From assembly GCA_016197155.1 (NCBI GenBank), contig JACPWF010000019.1:1485-65484 (forward strand): a DNA stretch of 64,000 bases, in the 5' to 3' direction. Below the pieces are notes generated by a model, which saw only the letters and a program-made list of their open reading frames with translations, had not been told where the DNA came from and searched no databases. Shown one piece after another: positions 1 to 9,341 of this stretch; the first letter of the stretch is position 1, and each line of letters starts with the position of its first letter. The position numbers and the translations under genes are program-made. The stretch comes from Candidatus Omnitrophota bacterium (lineage in GTDB: Bacteria; Omnitrophota; Gorgyraeia; 2-02-FULL-51-18).

Positions 1-525
1 AACGGACGGCTTTTTTTTGGGCTGAGAGACGAGCTCCACCGCTGCCCCCGGCCGCAAACCCAGGCGCTTGGCCAGCTCCGATCCGAGGACGATGCCGCCC
101 TCCTTCGCTAAAACTTCGGAGGGTGAACCTTCTTTCAAATAGTCATAAAATTTGGAGACATTCCGCTCGCGCGCCGGGTCAATGCCCCGCACGAGAACCC
201 CGGTCACCGCTTCATTTTTTTGAACGAGGGCCTGCCCCTCCACGAACGGCGACAGGTGCGCCACCCCGGGAACGGACGCGAGCCTTTGGATCACGGATTC
301 GGCGTCGTCAAACACGCCGTCTTTTTCGATCACGATGTGCGCGCGCGTGCCGATGATGCGGTTCTGCAGGTCCTCGTCAAAGCCGTTCATCACGGCCAGC
401 ACCACCAAGAGCGCGGCCACGCCGACGGCGATGCCCAAAACCGAGATCGTGCTGATGACGCCGACGAAAGGATGGCGCCGCTTCGACCAGATGTAGCGTT
501 TGGCGACGAACCACTCGTAGGGCAT
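1..525 (-). CDS. lolE: Lipoprotein-releasing ABC transporter permease LolC/E family (5' part; runs off the window start)
   Basis: Manual translation from ATG at 525: MPYEWFVAKRYIWSKRRHPFVGVISTISVLGIAVGVAALLVVLAVMNGFDEDLQNRIIG, a typical LolC/E N-terminus. The start overlaps the lysS stop (TAATG). Confidence 0.88.
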   Translation of the reverse strand, partial: MPYEWFVAKRYIWSKRRHPFVGVISTISVLGIAVGVAALLVVLAVMNGFDEDLQNRIIGTRAHIVIEKDGVFDDAESVIQRLASVPGVAHLSPFVEGQALVQKNEAVTGVLVRGIDPARERNVSKFYDYLKEGSPSEVLAKEGGIVLGSELAKRLGLRPGAAVELVSQPKKKPSV

Positions 526-1961
526 TATTTTTCGCGCTTCATCTGCGGAAATAAAATCACGTCCCGAATCGACGGCTGTCCCGTCAGGACCATGACGAGC
601 CGGTCGACCCCGATCCCCAGCCCCCCGGCCGGCGGCATGCCGTATTCGAGCGCGGTCAAAAAATCCTCGTCGATTTCCCCCGAGGCCGCCTCTTTGCCCT
701 TCTCGCGCAGGTCCTCGAGAAAGCGCTCGCGCTGTTCGATGGGATTGTTCAGCTCGGAGTAGCCGTTGGCGATCTCCATACCGCCGATGTAAAGCTCAAA
801 CCGCTCGCTTAAAAGAGGGTTCGATTTATTTTTTTTCGCCAGAGGGCAGAGCTCGGTGAAATAATCCGTCACGAAAACCGGATGGCTTTCTTTTTTCGAA
901 CGGCCGGCGCCGGGCTCCAAAAGTTCGCCCACGATGTTGATGAGCTGTGTGCGCGACAGCGCCTTGCCTTCGATCCCGACGCCTTTTTTCTTTAATTTTT
1001 CCGTCCAGACCTCGAGCGGGTCGTCGGGTTTGATGCCGAATGAGTCCTTCATGAGGTCGGCGAACGACACCCGCTCCCACCGGGACAGATCCGCGTCCGT
1101 CTTGGCCTCAGCGGCGGCCGCTTGAATGATCTCCCCGGTCAGGTCCATCACGTCGTTCACGTCGGCGTACGCGGTGTACACCTCGAGCATCGTGAACTCG
1201 GGATTGTGGCGCGTAGAAACGCCCTCGTTGCGGAAACTTTTGTTGATCTCGTAAACTTTGTCGAAACCGCCCACGAGAAGCCTTTTCAAATAAAGCTCGG
1301 GCGCCACGCGCAGGTACAGGTCCGCGTCGAGCGATTCGTGATGCGTCTTAAACGGCTTGCCCGCCGCGCCCCCCGGGATCGGGTGCATCATCGGCGTTTC
1401 GACTTCGAGATAATTTTTGTCGTCGAGGGTTTTCCGGATCGAGCGGATGACGAGCGAGCGCTTTTTAAAAATCGCCTTCACTTCGTCATTGGCGACCAGG
1501 TCCAGATACCGCTGGCGGTAGCGCGTCTCGACATCCTTCAGGCCGTGCCATTTCTCGGGGAGAGGCCGGAGGCTTTTGGCGAGAATCGTCAGTTTTTCGA
1601 CGCGAATGGAGATCTCGCCGGTCTTGGTCTTAAAAAGTTCGCCCTCCGCGCCGAGGATGTCGCCGATGTCGAGCGCCTCGAAAAGTTTCAGCCCCTCGGG
1701 CCCGATCGTTTCGCTTTTCACGAAAAGCTGGATGCGGCCGGTCTCGTCCTTTAGGTCGCAGAACGCGGTCTTTCCCATGAGCCGCACCGCGCTCAGGCGC
1801 CCGGCCGTGCGCGCGCGCTTTCTCTCCTCAAAACCCGCGACGATGGCCCCGATCGCCGCGTCCTTGGGGAATTTCCCCCCGAAAGGGTCCATCCCCAGGG
1901 CCTCGACGGCCTTCAATTTCTTCAGGCGTTCCCGCAGAAGGTCGCTCGTTTCGTCTGTCAT
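525..1961 (-). CDS. lysS: Lysine--tRNA ligase (class II)
   Basis: OB-fold N-terminus; motifs YRQRYLDL, LRVAPELYLKRL, FRNEG..HNPEFTMLE and YGMPPAGGLGIGVDRL. Confidence 0.98.
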   Translation of the reverse strand: MTDETSDLLRERLKKLKAVEALGMDPFGGKFPKDAAIGAIVAGFEERKRARTAGRLSAVRLMGKTAFCDLKDETGRIQLFVKSETIGPEGLKLFEALDIGDILGAEGELFKTKTGEISIRVEKLTILAKSLRPLPEKWHGLKDVETRYRQRYLDLVANDEVKAIFKKRSLVIRSIRKTLDDKNYLEVETPMMHPIPGGAAGKPFKTHHESLDADLYLRVAPELYLKRLLVGGFDKVYEINKSFRNEGVSTRHNPEFTMLEVYTAYADVNDVMDLTGEIIQAAAAEAKTDADLSRWERVSFADLMKDSFGIKPDDPLEVWTEKLKKKGVGIEGKALSRTQLINIVGELLEPGAGRSKKESHPVFVTDYFTELCPLAKKNKSNPLLSERFELYIGGMEIANGYSELNNPIEQRERFLEDLREKGKEAASGEIDEDFLTALEYGMPPAGGLGIGVDRLVMVLTGQPSIRDVILFPQMKREK

Positions 1962-2003
1962 AACTTGTTGATTCTCTGAATGTTAATAACCGAATGAAAG
2001 GGC

Positions 2004-2032
2004 ATTATATCGGGCGGGAATGGGGATGTCAA
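2004..2032 (-). promoter_or_regulatory. Consensus sigma70 promoter for lysS-lolE
   Basis: Minus strand reads TTGACA (2032-2027), 17 bp spacer, TATAAT (2009-2004). Confidence 0.8.
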
Positions 2033-2050
2033 ACCGGGGGGAAATGCGGC

Positions 2051-2320
2051 CTATTCGAACAAATCTGAATGAGTGCCGGCGCGGACAAAATGGATCTCGG
2101 ACGGCGTGGATTTATAGATGAGTAGCCAGTCGGGCTCTATGTGACATTCGCGATAACGCTCAAACTCGCCGCGGAGCGGATGGTCCTTATATTTTTCGGA
2201 CAGGGCGTGGCCCTCCACCAGCTGGGTCATGATCCGCTTGAGGACACCGATGTCTTTCCCGCGCCTCTGGGCAAGCCTTAGGTCTTTCTTAAATTGACGG
2301 GTGTAATGAGGGACTTTCAA
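2051..2320 (-). CDS. yafQ: Type II TA toxin, YafQ/RelE family mRNA interferase
   Basis: Motifs TRQFKKDL, KDHPLRG, RECHIEPDWLLIY and GTHSDLF. Confidence 0.93.
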   Translation of the reverse strand: MKVPHYTRQFKKDLRLAQRRGKDIGVLKRIMTQLVEGHALSEKYKDHPLRGEFERYRECHIEPDWLLIYKSTPSEIHFVRAGTHSDLFE

Positions 2321-2323
2321 AAG

Positions 2324-2581
2324 CTATATTCCAAGCTTGTTGAACAGGTCGTTCAGGTCCTTCGCTTTTACGGATTTTCTTTCCTCGACTTCTTTCATCG
2401 CCTTCAGCGTCGTTCTGCCCGGAAGAAGGACGTCGAACGGGATTCCCTTTTTGAGCGTGACTTGCGCGAAGAATAAATTGATGGCCTCGGAACACGAAAG
2501 CCCCAATTTGTGAAAGATCCTCTCGACCTCGGTCTTGAGACCGGGCTCCGTTCGCGCCCGGATCATCGCGGATCTGGCCAT
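2324..2581 (-). CDS. dinJ: Type II TA antitoxin, DinJ/RelB family
   Basis: MARSAMIRARTEPGLK...LGLSCSEAINLF...GIPFDV. An AGGAGG Shine-Dalgarno precedes the ATG at 2581, and the gene lies directly upstream of yafQ. Confidence 0.9.
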   Translation of the reverse strand: MARSAMIRARTEPGLKTEVERIFHKLGLSCSEAINLFFAQVTLKKGIPFDVLLPGRTTLKAMKEVEERKSVKAKDLNDLFNKLGI

Positions 2582-2601
2582 GGTTATTCCCTCCTGAGAC
2601 A

Positions 2602-2630
2602 AGTGTACCCTATTTGGGATACAATTTCAA
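2602..2630 (-). promoter_or_regulatory. dinJ-yafQ promoter with a palindromic operator
   Basis: TTGAAA-17bp-TACACT. An imperfect inverted repeat, TGTATCCC-aaata-GGGTACA, fills the spacer and overlaps the -10, as expected for TA autorepression. Confidence 0.65.
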
Positions 2631-2634
2631 GTAT

Positions 2635-4263
2635 CTAATCGGCCTTCACGTACGCGTTTTGCCTGGATCTTTCCCTAAAGGCGAGGAAGGCGAGCAAGGC
2701 CGGCACCAGCAGAAAAACGTCCCCGAAGCGCGTGTAAAAGGTCCTGTCCTTTTTCAGCGCGAGGTCATGGCCCTGATGGCCCGTGACGAAGATCTCGCTC
2801 CCCTTGTCGTTCACGGTGGCGAGGATCCGGCCCTCGGGCGAGATAAAACAGGACAGCCCCGTGTTCGTCGCGCGCACGACGTTCACGCGGTTCTCGACCG
2901 CGCGGAACACCGAGGCTTGGGCGTGCTGGTAGGGAGCCGCCGTTTTTCCGAACCACGCGTCGTTGGTGATGTTCACCAGAAAATCGGCGCCGTCGCGGCA
3001 GAAACCCCGCACGAGCCCCGGAAAAATATCTTCGTAACAGATGAGCGCGCCGAATTTCACCGTGACCTTATTTTTCCGGTAGCGGGAGGAGATTTGAAAA
3101 ATGGTGCGCTCGGCGCCGGGGCTGAAGCGGCCGATCTCGACAAAGTGCCGGATGAAACCGAACAGGGGCTCGAACGGCACGTACTCGCCGAACGGGACCA
3201 GGTGCAGTTTACTGTAGCGCCTGACCTCTTCGCCGACGGGGTTGTACAGAATGGCGCTGTTGAAAAACTTTAGACCCCGGTCGAGGTCGCCCAGGGTCGG
3301 CGCGCCCACGAGGACCCAGGTCTGCGACTGCCGGATGACACTGCGAAGCTCGGCGGCCATCACCGGCTCGTCCTCGAGGTATCCCGGAAACGAGGTCTCG
3401 GGCCAAACGATGAGGTCCGATTTTTCGACCGCGCTCATGAACGTGAGGCGTTTGTATTTTTCAAAAATGATGTCCTTGATCTGGGCGTTCCATTTCTGGT
3501 CCTGCGGAATATTTCCCTGAACGACCGACACGCGCAAAACGGATTTCCGGTCGGGATCCTTCCGGTCAAAAGAATCCCTTAGGGAAAGATTCGCCCAGCC
3601 GTAAGCGCCGAGCGCAAAGATGAGCCCGGCCAAAACCCAAAACAGGCGCGACACGTATCGCCGCGAATAAGCGGCCTCCTCCGGCAGGGCGGCCGCGGCC
3701 CGGGTCTTCGCCAAAAGGGCTTTTAAAATTTTAAACACCAGGACGTTCACGGCCATCACGAAAAAAGAGACGCCGTACGGCCCGACGAGGTCCGCGATCT
3801 GGATGAACGGAATATTTTTCCATTGGGTATACGCCAAAAGCGCCCACGGGATGCCGCCGATGAGCCAGCCTCTCAAATATTCCAAAAGCGCCCACACCGA
3901 CGCGGTGAAAAAAACCGATTTCATATTTTTGGGGAAAAGGGCGCCCGCGAACTCAACGGAGGGATTCAAAAATCCGGCCGCGTAATGGCCGAACACGCCG
4001 AAGTAAAGCGCCAGGTACAGCGTCATGAGCGCGAAACCCAAAACCGAGACGTGGGTGAGCCAGTAGCCCAGGAAAATATAAAAAAGCGAGCCGAATAAAA
4101 AAGAATGGGTGAAGACGCCCAGGGGCGGGCGATTCCCGAGCGAGAAAAAATAAGGCACGAACGCGAAAAACGCGAGCGGCCAGCAGGCGCCGATGTGGTA
4201 GGGCAGGACCAAAAGAGCGGCGGATAAAAAAACTAAAAGAAAACTGCGGGCACGTCTAAACAT
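2635..4263 (-). CDS. lnt: Apolipoprotein N-acyltransferase
   Basis: Multi-pass membrane N-terminus plus nitrilase motifs VQGNI, VWPETS, KLHLVPFGEYVP, ICYEDIF and NITNDAWFG. Confidence 0.96.
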   Translation of the reverse strand: MFRRARSFLLVFLSAALLVLPYHIGACWPLAFFAFVPYFFSLGNRPPLGVFTHSFLFGSLFYIFLGYWLTHVSVLGFALMTLYLALYFGVFGHYAAGFLNPSVEFAGALFPKNMKSVFFTASVWALLEYLRGWLIGGIPWALLAYTQWKNIPFIQIADLVGPYGVSFFVMAVNVLVFKILKALLAKTRAAAALPEEAAYSRRYVSRLFWVLAGLIFALGAYGWANLSLRDSFDRKDPDRKSVLRVSVVQGNIPQDQKWNAQIKDIIFEKYKRLTFMSAVEKSDLIVWPETSFPGYLEDEPVMAAELRSVIRQSQTWVLVGAPTLGDLDRGLKFFNSAILYNPVGEEVRRYSKLHLVPFGEYVPFEPLFGFIRHFVEIGRFSPGAERTIFQISSRYRKNKVTVKFGALICYEDIFPGLVRGFCRDGADFLVNITNDAWFGKTAAPYQHAQASVFRAVENRVNVVRATNTGLSCFISPEGRILATVNDKGSEIFVTGHQGHDLALKKDRTFYTRFGDVFLLVPALLAFLAFRERSRQNAYVKAD

Positions 4264-4269
4264 TCCGAG

Positions 4270-6834
4270 TTATTTTCCGTGGCACTTTTTATACTTTTTC
4301 CCGCTGCCGCAGGGACAGGGTTCATTGCGGCCGACTTTATGACCGGCGCCATGGGCAGGCGTGTCATTCCCGCGAATGCGGGAATCGAGGCTGATCCCCG
4401 CCTGCGCGGGGATGACAGGGCTCGACTCCAAGACCGACCCGGCCTCCGGATGAAGAAACTGGAGGGGCGTCTCTTTTCTGGCGACCGGCGCGGGCGGGGC
4501 TTCTGTGGAAGCGGCCGGCTGAACGCGGAAGATAAAGGAAAGCGCGTCTTCTTTGATGACCTGAATCATTTCCTGAAACGCCTCAAAGGCCTCGCGTTTG
4601 TATTCGACGAGCGGGTCCTTCTGGCCGTAGGCGCGGAGCCCGATCCCCTCTCTCAGATTGTCCATACTGCGCAGGTGATCCTTCCATTTCGAATCCACCA
4701 CGTCGAGAAGGATCATCCTTTCCAGCGGCCTCAAAAATTCGGCGCCGATCGCTTTTTCTTTTTCCTCGTAGGCCCGGCGCGCGCGGTCAATCAGCGCGTC
4801 GATGAAAGTCTCCCCCGCCTGTCCCTCAAGCCCCTCAAGTGAAATCGGAAAAATTTTCCTCACGACTTCGGAAAGTTCCTTGAATGATTCGTCGCTGTAG
4901 GAATACCCCTGCGCGAGACTGTCGAGCGATTCCTCGATCATTCCCAAATAATGCTCGCGCAGGTCCTCGCCCTCCAAAACTTTTCGCCGCTCGGCGTAGA
5001 TCACCTCGCGCTGGCGGTTCATCACGTTGTCGTATTCGAGGAGTTGTTTGCGGATTTCAAAATTACGCCCCTCGACCCGCGTCTGCGCGGTCTCGATGGC
5101 CTTACTGACCAGCGGGTGCTCGATCTCCTGGCCTTCCTCCATGCCCATTTTCTGCATCAGCCCCGAGATGCGCTCGGAACCGAAGATCCGCATGAGGTCG
5201 TCCTCCATCGCCAGATAAAACCGCGACGAGCCGGGGTCGCCCTGGCGGCCCGAGCGGCCGCGAAGCTGATTGTCGATGCGCCGCGCCTCGTGCCTCTCGG
5301 TGCCGAGGACGTGCAGACCGCCGAGATCCTTCACGCCCTCTCCGAGCACGATGTCCGTGCCGCGGCCGGCCATGTTCGTCGCGATCGTGACCGCGGCGCG
5401 TTGGCCGGCTTGTTTAATGATCTCGGCCTCCATCTCGTGGTACTTGGCGTTCAACACGTTGTGCAGGACATTCGCCCGCCTGAGAAGCGAGCTCAGGTGT
5501 TCGGATTTTTCAATCGAGACCGTGCCGACGAGCACCGGCTGGCCGCGCTTGTGGCATTCGGCGATCTCGTTCACGACCGCGGCGTACTTTTCTTTTTCGG
5601 TGCGGTAGACGCGGTCGGGATGATTTTTGCGGTTCATCGGACGGTTCGTGGGAACCGACACGACGCCGAGCTTGTAGATTTCGTGAAATTCCTGCGCCTC
5701 GGTCGAGGCGGTGCCGGTCATGCCGGCCAGTTTTTCGTACATTCGGAAATAATTTTGAAACGTGATCGTGGCGAGCGTCTGATTTTCCTCCTCGACCTTG
5801 ACGCTCTCCTTGGCCTCGAGCGCCTGGTGAAGCCCGTCGGAGTAACGCCGTCCCGGCATGAGGCGCCCCGTGAATTCGTCGACGATGAGGACCTCATTGT
5901 CCTTGACGACGTAGTCCACGTCTTTTTTGAAAAGCGTGTGCGCGCGCAGGGCCTGGTTCACGTGATGCACGAGCTCGACGTTCGACGGGTCGTAAAGATT
6001 TTCGACCGCGAGCGAAGCCTCCGCTTTTTTCACGCCCTTGTCCGTCAGCGCGACGGTGCGCGTTTTTTCCTCGATCTGATAATCCTCGTCTTTTTGCAGG
6101 CGCGGAATGATCTTGTCGATCACGTGATATTTGTCGGTGGACTCCTCGCTCGGCCCGGAAATGATGAGCGGGGTGCGCGCCTCGTCGATCAGGATGCTGT
6201 CGACCTCGTCCACGATGGCGTAATGAAGCGGCCGCTGGACGCGGAAGCCGATGTGGCGGACCATGTTGTCGCGCAGGAAATCAAAACCGAATTCGTTGTT
6301 CGTGCCGTAGGTGATGTCGCTGGCGTACGCGAGCTTGCGGTCCTCGGGAGTCGAGCCGTGCTGGATGACCCCGATCGACAGGCCCAGGAATTCGTAGATC
6401 GGCCCCATCCATTCGCGGTCACGCTTGGCCAGGTAATCGTTCACGGTCACGACATGGACGCCCTTGCCGGTGAGCGCGTTGAGATAAACGGGAAGCGTCG
6501 CCACAAGCGTCTTGCCTTCGCCGGTGGCCATCTCGGCAATTTTACCCTCGTGCAAAACGATGCCGCCGACCATCTGAACATCGAAGTGGCGCATGTTGAG
6601 GACGCGCTTGCTCGTCTCGCGCACCACGGCGAAGGCCTCCGGCAAAAGCGCGTCGATTGTTTCGCCGTTTTTCAGGCGCTGGCGGAAATGGGGGGTTTTG
6701 GCTTTGAGTTCGTCATCGCTGAGCTTGGCCATTTCCGGCTCAAAGGCGTTCACCCGCCCGGCCAGCGGCCGCATGCGGCGGAGTGTGCGCTCATTCTGCG
6801 TGCCGATCAGTTTTTTTAGGATCCAGCCGATCAT
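4270..6834 (-). CDS. secA: Preprotein translocase subunit SecA
   Basis: Motifs [27 protein letters not shown] and [10 protein letters not shown], plus the C-terminal zinc motif [18 protein letters not shown]. Confidence 0.99.
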   Translation of the reverse strand: MIGWILKKLIGTQNERTLRRMRPLAGRVNAFEPEMAKLSDDELKAKTPHFRQRLKNGETIDALLPEAFAVVRETSKRVLNMRHFDVQMVGGIVLHEGKIAEMATGEGKTLVATLPVYLNALTGKGVHVVTVNDYLAKRDREWMGPIYEFLGLSIGVIQHGSTPEDRKLAYASDITYGTNNEFGFDFLRDNMVRHIGFRVQRPLHYAIVDEVDSILIDEARTPLIISGPSEESTDKYHVIDKIIPRLQKDEDYQIEEKTRTVALTDKGVKKAEASLAVENLYDPSNVELVHHVNQALRAHTLFKKDVDYVVKDNEVLIVDEFTGRLMPGRRYSDGLHQALEAKESVKVEEENQTLATITFQNYFRMYEKLAGMTGTASTEAQEFHEIYKLGVVSVPTNRPMNRKNHPDRVYRTEKEKYAAVVNEIAECHKRGQPVLVGTVSIEKSEHLSSLLRRANVLHNVLNAKYHEMEAEIIKQAGQRAAVTIATNMAGRGTDIVLGEGVKDLGGLHVLGTERHEARRIDNQLRGRSGRQGDPGSSRFYLAMEDDLMRIFGSERISGLMQKMGMEEGQEIEHPLVSKAIETAQTRVEGRNFEIRKQLLEYDNVMNRQREVIYAERRKVLEGEDLREHYLGMIEESLDSLAQGYSYSDESFKELSEVVRKIFPISLEGLEGQAGETFIDALIDRARRAYEEKEKAIGAEFLRPLERMILLDVVDSKWKDHLRSMDNLREGIGLRAYGQKDPLVEYKREAFEAFQEMIQVIKEDALSFIFRVQPAASTEAPPAPVARKETPLQFLHPEAGSVLESSPVIPAQAGISLDSRIRGNDTPAHGAGHKVGRNEPCPCGSGKKYKKCHGK
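4362..4417. repeat. REP-like double palindrome inserted in frame in the secA C-terminal linker
   Basis: TGTCATTCCCGCGAATGCGGGAATC-gaggct-GATCCCCGCCTGCGCGGGGATGACA; translated as [18 protein letters not shown]. Confidence 0.75.
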
Positions 6835-7932
6835 GACGGCATCGCCCGCTGTTTTAAAACCGCCTCCAAAAATTCATTCAGATCCCCGTTCAAAACGCCG
6901 GTCGTGTCGGAGGTCTCAAAATCCGTCCGGTGGTCCTTCACCAGATTGTAAGGATGCAAAACGTAGGAGCGGATCTGACTGCCCCAGGCGATTTCCTGTT
7001 TCTCCCCGTAACTTTTCTTTTGCTCGGCCAGGCGCTTATTCATTTCCTGTTCATAAAGCCGGCTTTTCAAAACTTTCATCGCGGTGGCCTTGTTCTTCAA
7101 CTGCGAGCGCTCGTTCTGGCACTGGACGACGATGCCCGTCGGCAGATGCGTGATGCGGACGGCCGAGTCGGTGGTGTTCACCCCCTGCCCGCCTTTCCCG
7201 CCCGAACGAAAAACGTCGATGCGGATCTCCTCGGGCTTCACGTCAATCCGGATGTCCTCCTCCACCTCGGGGATCACGTCGACCGACGCGAACGACGTGT
7301 GGCGCCTTTTATTGGAATCAAAGGGCGAGATCCTCACCAGGCGGTGCACGCCCTTTTCGCATTTCAAATAACCGTACGCGAAATTCCCCTCGACGAGTAG
7401 CGTGACGTTTTTGACGCCGGCCTCTTCGCCGGGAAGGATGTCGATGATCTCGGCCTTGTATTTTTGGTCCTCGGCCCAGCGGCTGTACATCCGGAGCAGC
7501 ATCGACACCCAGTCGCAGGATTCGGTGCCGCCGGCGCCGGCGTTGATGCTCAGGATCGCGCTATTCGGATCGTTTGGCCCGCCGAGCAGTTTTTGAAATT
7601 CCAGATCGTCAATTTTTTTGGCAAGCTTCGCCATTTCCTCCGCCAAATGCCGGACCGACGCCGTGTCGCCTTCCTCGACGATCGACAAAAGGTCGCCGAT
7701 CTCGCGGCATCCGTCCTTCAGTTTGAGATAAGGGTCGAGCCGGCCTTTTAAACTTTTCAGTTCATGGATCACGGGATTTTTTTTATCGGAGTGGGTCCAA
7801 AAATCGGGACGGGCTACCTGGTCTTCGAGCGCTCGGATGCGGGTCTCGAGAGTGGGGACGTCAAAGAGTCCTCCCCAAAGCGGCGAGCTTTTCTTCGGAG
7901 GCTTTCAATTGTTCGTACAGTTCGCGTTTCAT
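6831..7932 (-). CDS. prfB: Peptide chain release factor 2, with programmed +1 frameshift
   Basis: SPF and GGQ motifs. A 23-codon first ORF from ATG 7932 ends GGGAGG-ACT-CTT-TGA-C (slippery site 7866-7860). The +1 frame, [22 protein letters not shown], joins the 313 aa ORF. Confidence 0.97.
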
Positions 7933-7979
7933 TTTTTTCCTGAAAATATCTCCGCATGATAACACAGATGTCACAAACG

Positions 7980-8086
7980 CGCTAGTAGGGCGACGGGTCC
8001 TGCCGCTGCGGACAGCCCAAATATTTTATGAGATTCTCATCATAAAATATTTAGGCGCCCGTCCTCCGCGTCACCCCTCGCTAGTA
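7980..8086. repeat. Intergenic long hairpin flanked by 8-bp direct repeats (MITE-like)
   Basis: CGCTAGTA at 7980-7987 and 8079-8086. Perfect inner stem AAATATTTTATGA/TCATAAAATATTT; outer arms GGGCGACG/CGTCACCC. Confidence 0.55.
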
Positions 8087-8108
8087 TTACCGCATTTGTA
8101 GCGGTTGC

Positions 8109-9341
8109 CTACTTGAAAAGCCCCTCTTTTTTGCGCAAGTGCCGGTGATAGCGGATCGCGAACCGGTGCGCCTCGTCCCGAAGCCGCTGGACGAGCTGTA
8201 GAATCGGCGAACTCTGCGGAAAAATAAACGGCGCCTCGCGGCCGGGCTTGAAGAGGTGCTCATGCTGTTTGGCAATGGAAATAACCGGCAGATTTTTTAA
8301 TCCCAATTCATCCAGCACATTTTTCGCCGCGGACAGATGCCCCTTTCCCCCGTCGATCACGACCAGGTCCGGCAGTGTTTTTTTTTCATTCAAGAGCCGC
8401 GCGTAGCGGCGGCGCACCACCTCCCGCATCATGCGGTAATCGTCGATCCCCGTGACCGTGCGGATCCGAAAGCGCCGGTACCCGGACCGCGCAGGCTCGC
8501 CCGAGACGAACACCACCATCGAGCCCACGGCCTCTTCGCCGAAAATGTTCGAAATGTCAAAACACTCGATCCGCTCAGGGATGACCGAGAGCCCCAGCGC
8601 CTCTTTCAACTGACGCAAAACACCGGGCCAATCGCGCAGAACGGGGTTCGGCACCGATTCGAGCGCGCGGATCTCTTCGTAAAGGGTTTTCGCCTTTTCG
8701 TATTCCCTTTTTTCGGCGTGCTGTTTCATGCGGCGTAATAAACTTTTCACGACCGCGTCGCGGCGGCCCAAGAGAAAATTTTCAAGGTCCTTCACGATCC
8801 GGTCGTACGCGGGTTTGCCGATGTAGCCCACGCACGGCGCGTGGCACTGGCCGATGTGGTACATGAGGCAGACTTTTTTCGGCAATTGTTTACAGGTGCG
8901 CATCGGAAATTCGCGCCGGAGCATCCGCACGGCCTGCCGCAGAAGCCGCACGTTCGTGTAGGGACCGAAAATTTTTCCGCCGTCGGGTTTCCGCGCGCGG
9001 GTGATGAGAAGCCTTGGAAATTCCTCCGCGGTGATTTTCAAAAACGGGTAGCTCTTGTCGTCTTTCAGCTCCTGATTGTACTTGGGCAGGAATTCCTTGA
9101 CGAGGCTCGCCTCCAAAAGAAGCGCCTCGGCCTCGTTCGGCGTCTCGATGAAATCGATCGCCGAAGTTTCGCGGAGGAGTTTCCCCTCTTTGGAAAAAGG
9201 CTCCCCAAAAAACCGGTAATGGCCCCTGACGCGCTTCCGGATCGACAGGGCCTTGCCGATGTAGATCGTTTTTTTGTGGCGGTCTTTGAAAAAATACACG
9301 CCGGGGCCGTTCGGCAGTCCGTCGAAGTTGGGTTTAATCAC
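8109..9341 (-). CDS. uvrC: Excinuclease ABC subunit C (short form, no C-terminal HhH)
   Basis: GIY-YIG motif PGVY...IYIGKA; CLMYHIGQCHAPC; UVR region; RIECFDISN, DLVVIDGGKGHL and RDEAHRFA. Confidence 0.93.
   Translation of the reverse strand: MIKPNFDGLPNGPGVYFFKDRHKKTIYIGKALSIRKRVRGHYRFFGEPFSKEGKLLRETSAIDFIETPNEAEALLLEASLVKEFLPKYNQELKDDKSYPFLKITAEEFPRLLITRARKPDGGKIFGPYTNVRLLRQAVRMLRREFPMRTCKQLPKKVCLMYHIGQCHAPCVGYIGKPAYDRIVKDLENFLLGRRDAVVKSLLRRMKQHAEKREYEKAKTLYEEIRALESVPNPVLRDWPGVLRQLKEALGLSVIPERIECFDISNIFGEEAVGSMVVFVSGEPARSGYRRFRIRTVTGIDDYRMMREVVRRRYARLLNEKKTLPDLVVIDGGKGHLSAAKNVLDELGLKNLPVISIAKQHEHLFKPGREAPFIFPQSSPILQLVQRLRDEAHRFAIRYHRHLRKKEGLFK

Noticed and set aside
4951-6819. Long + strand ORFs opposite secA (622 aa), rpoD (38311-40089) and the kinase (49339-50769)
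   Set aside because: These are antisense shadows of GC3-rich genes. They have no recognisable motifs and fully overlap well-supported genes.
6831-7772. prfB as an N-terminally truncated gene or pseudogene
   Set aside because: Explained by the canonical CTT-TGA-C programmed frameshift.
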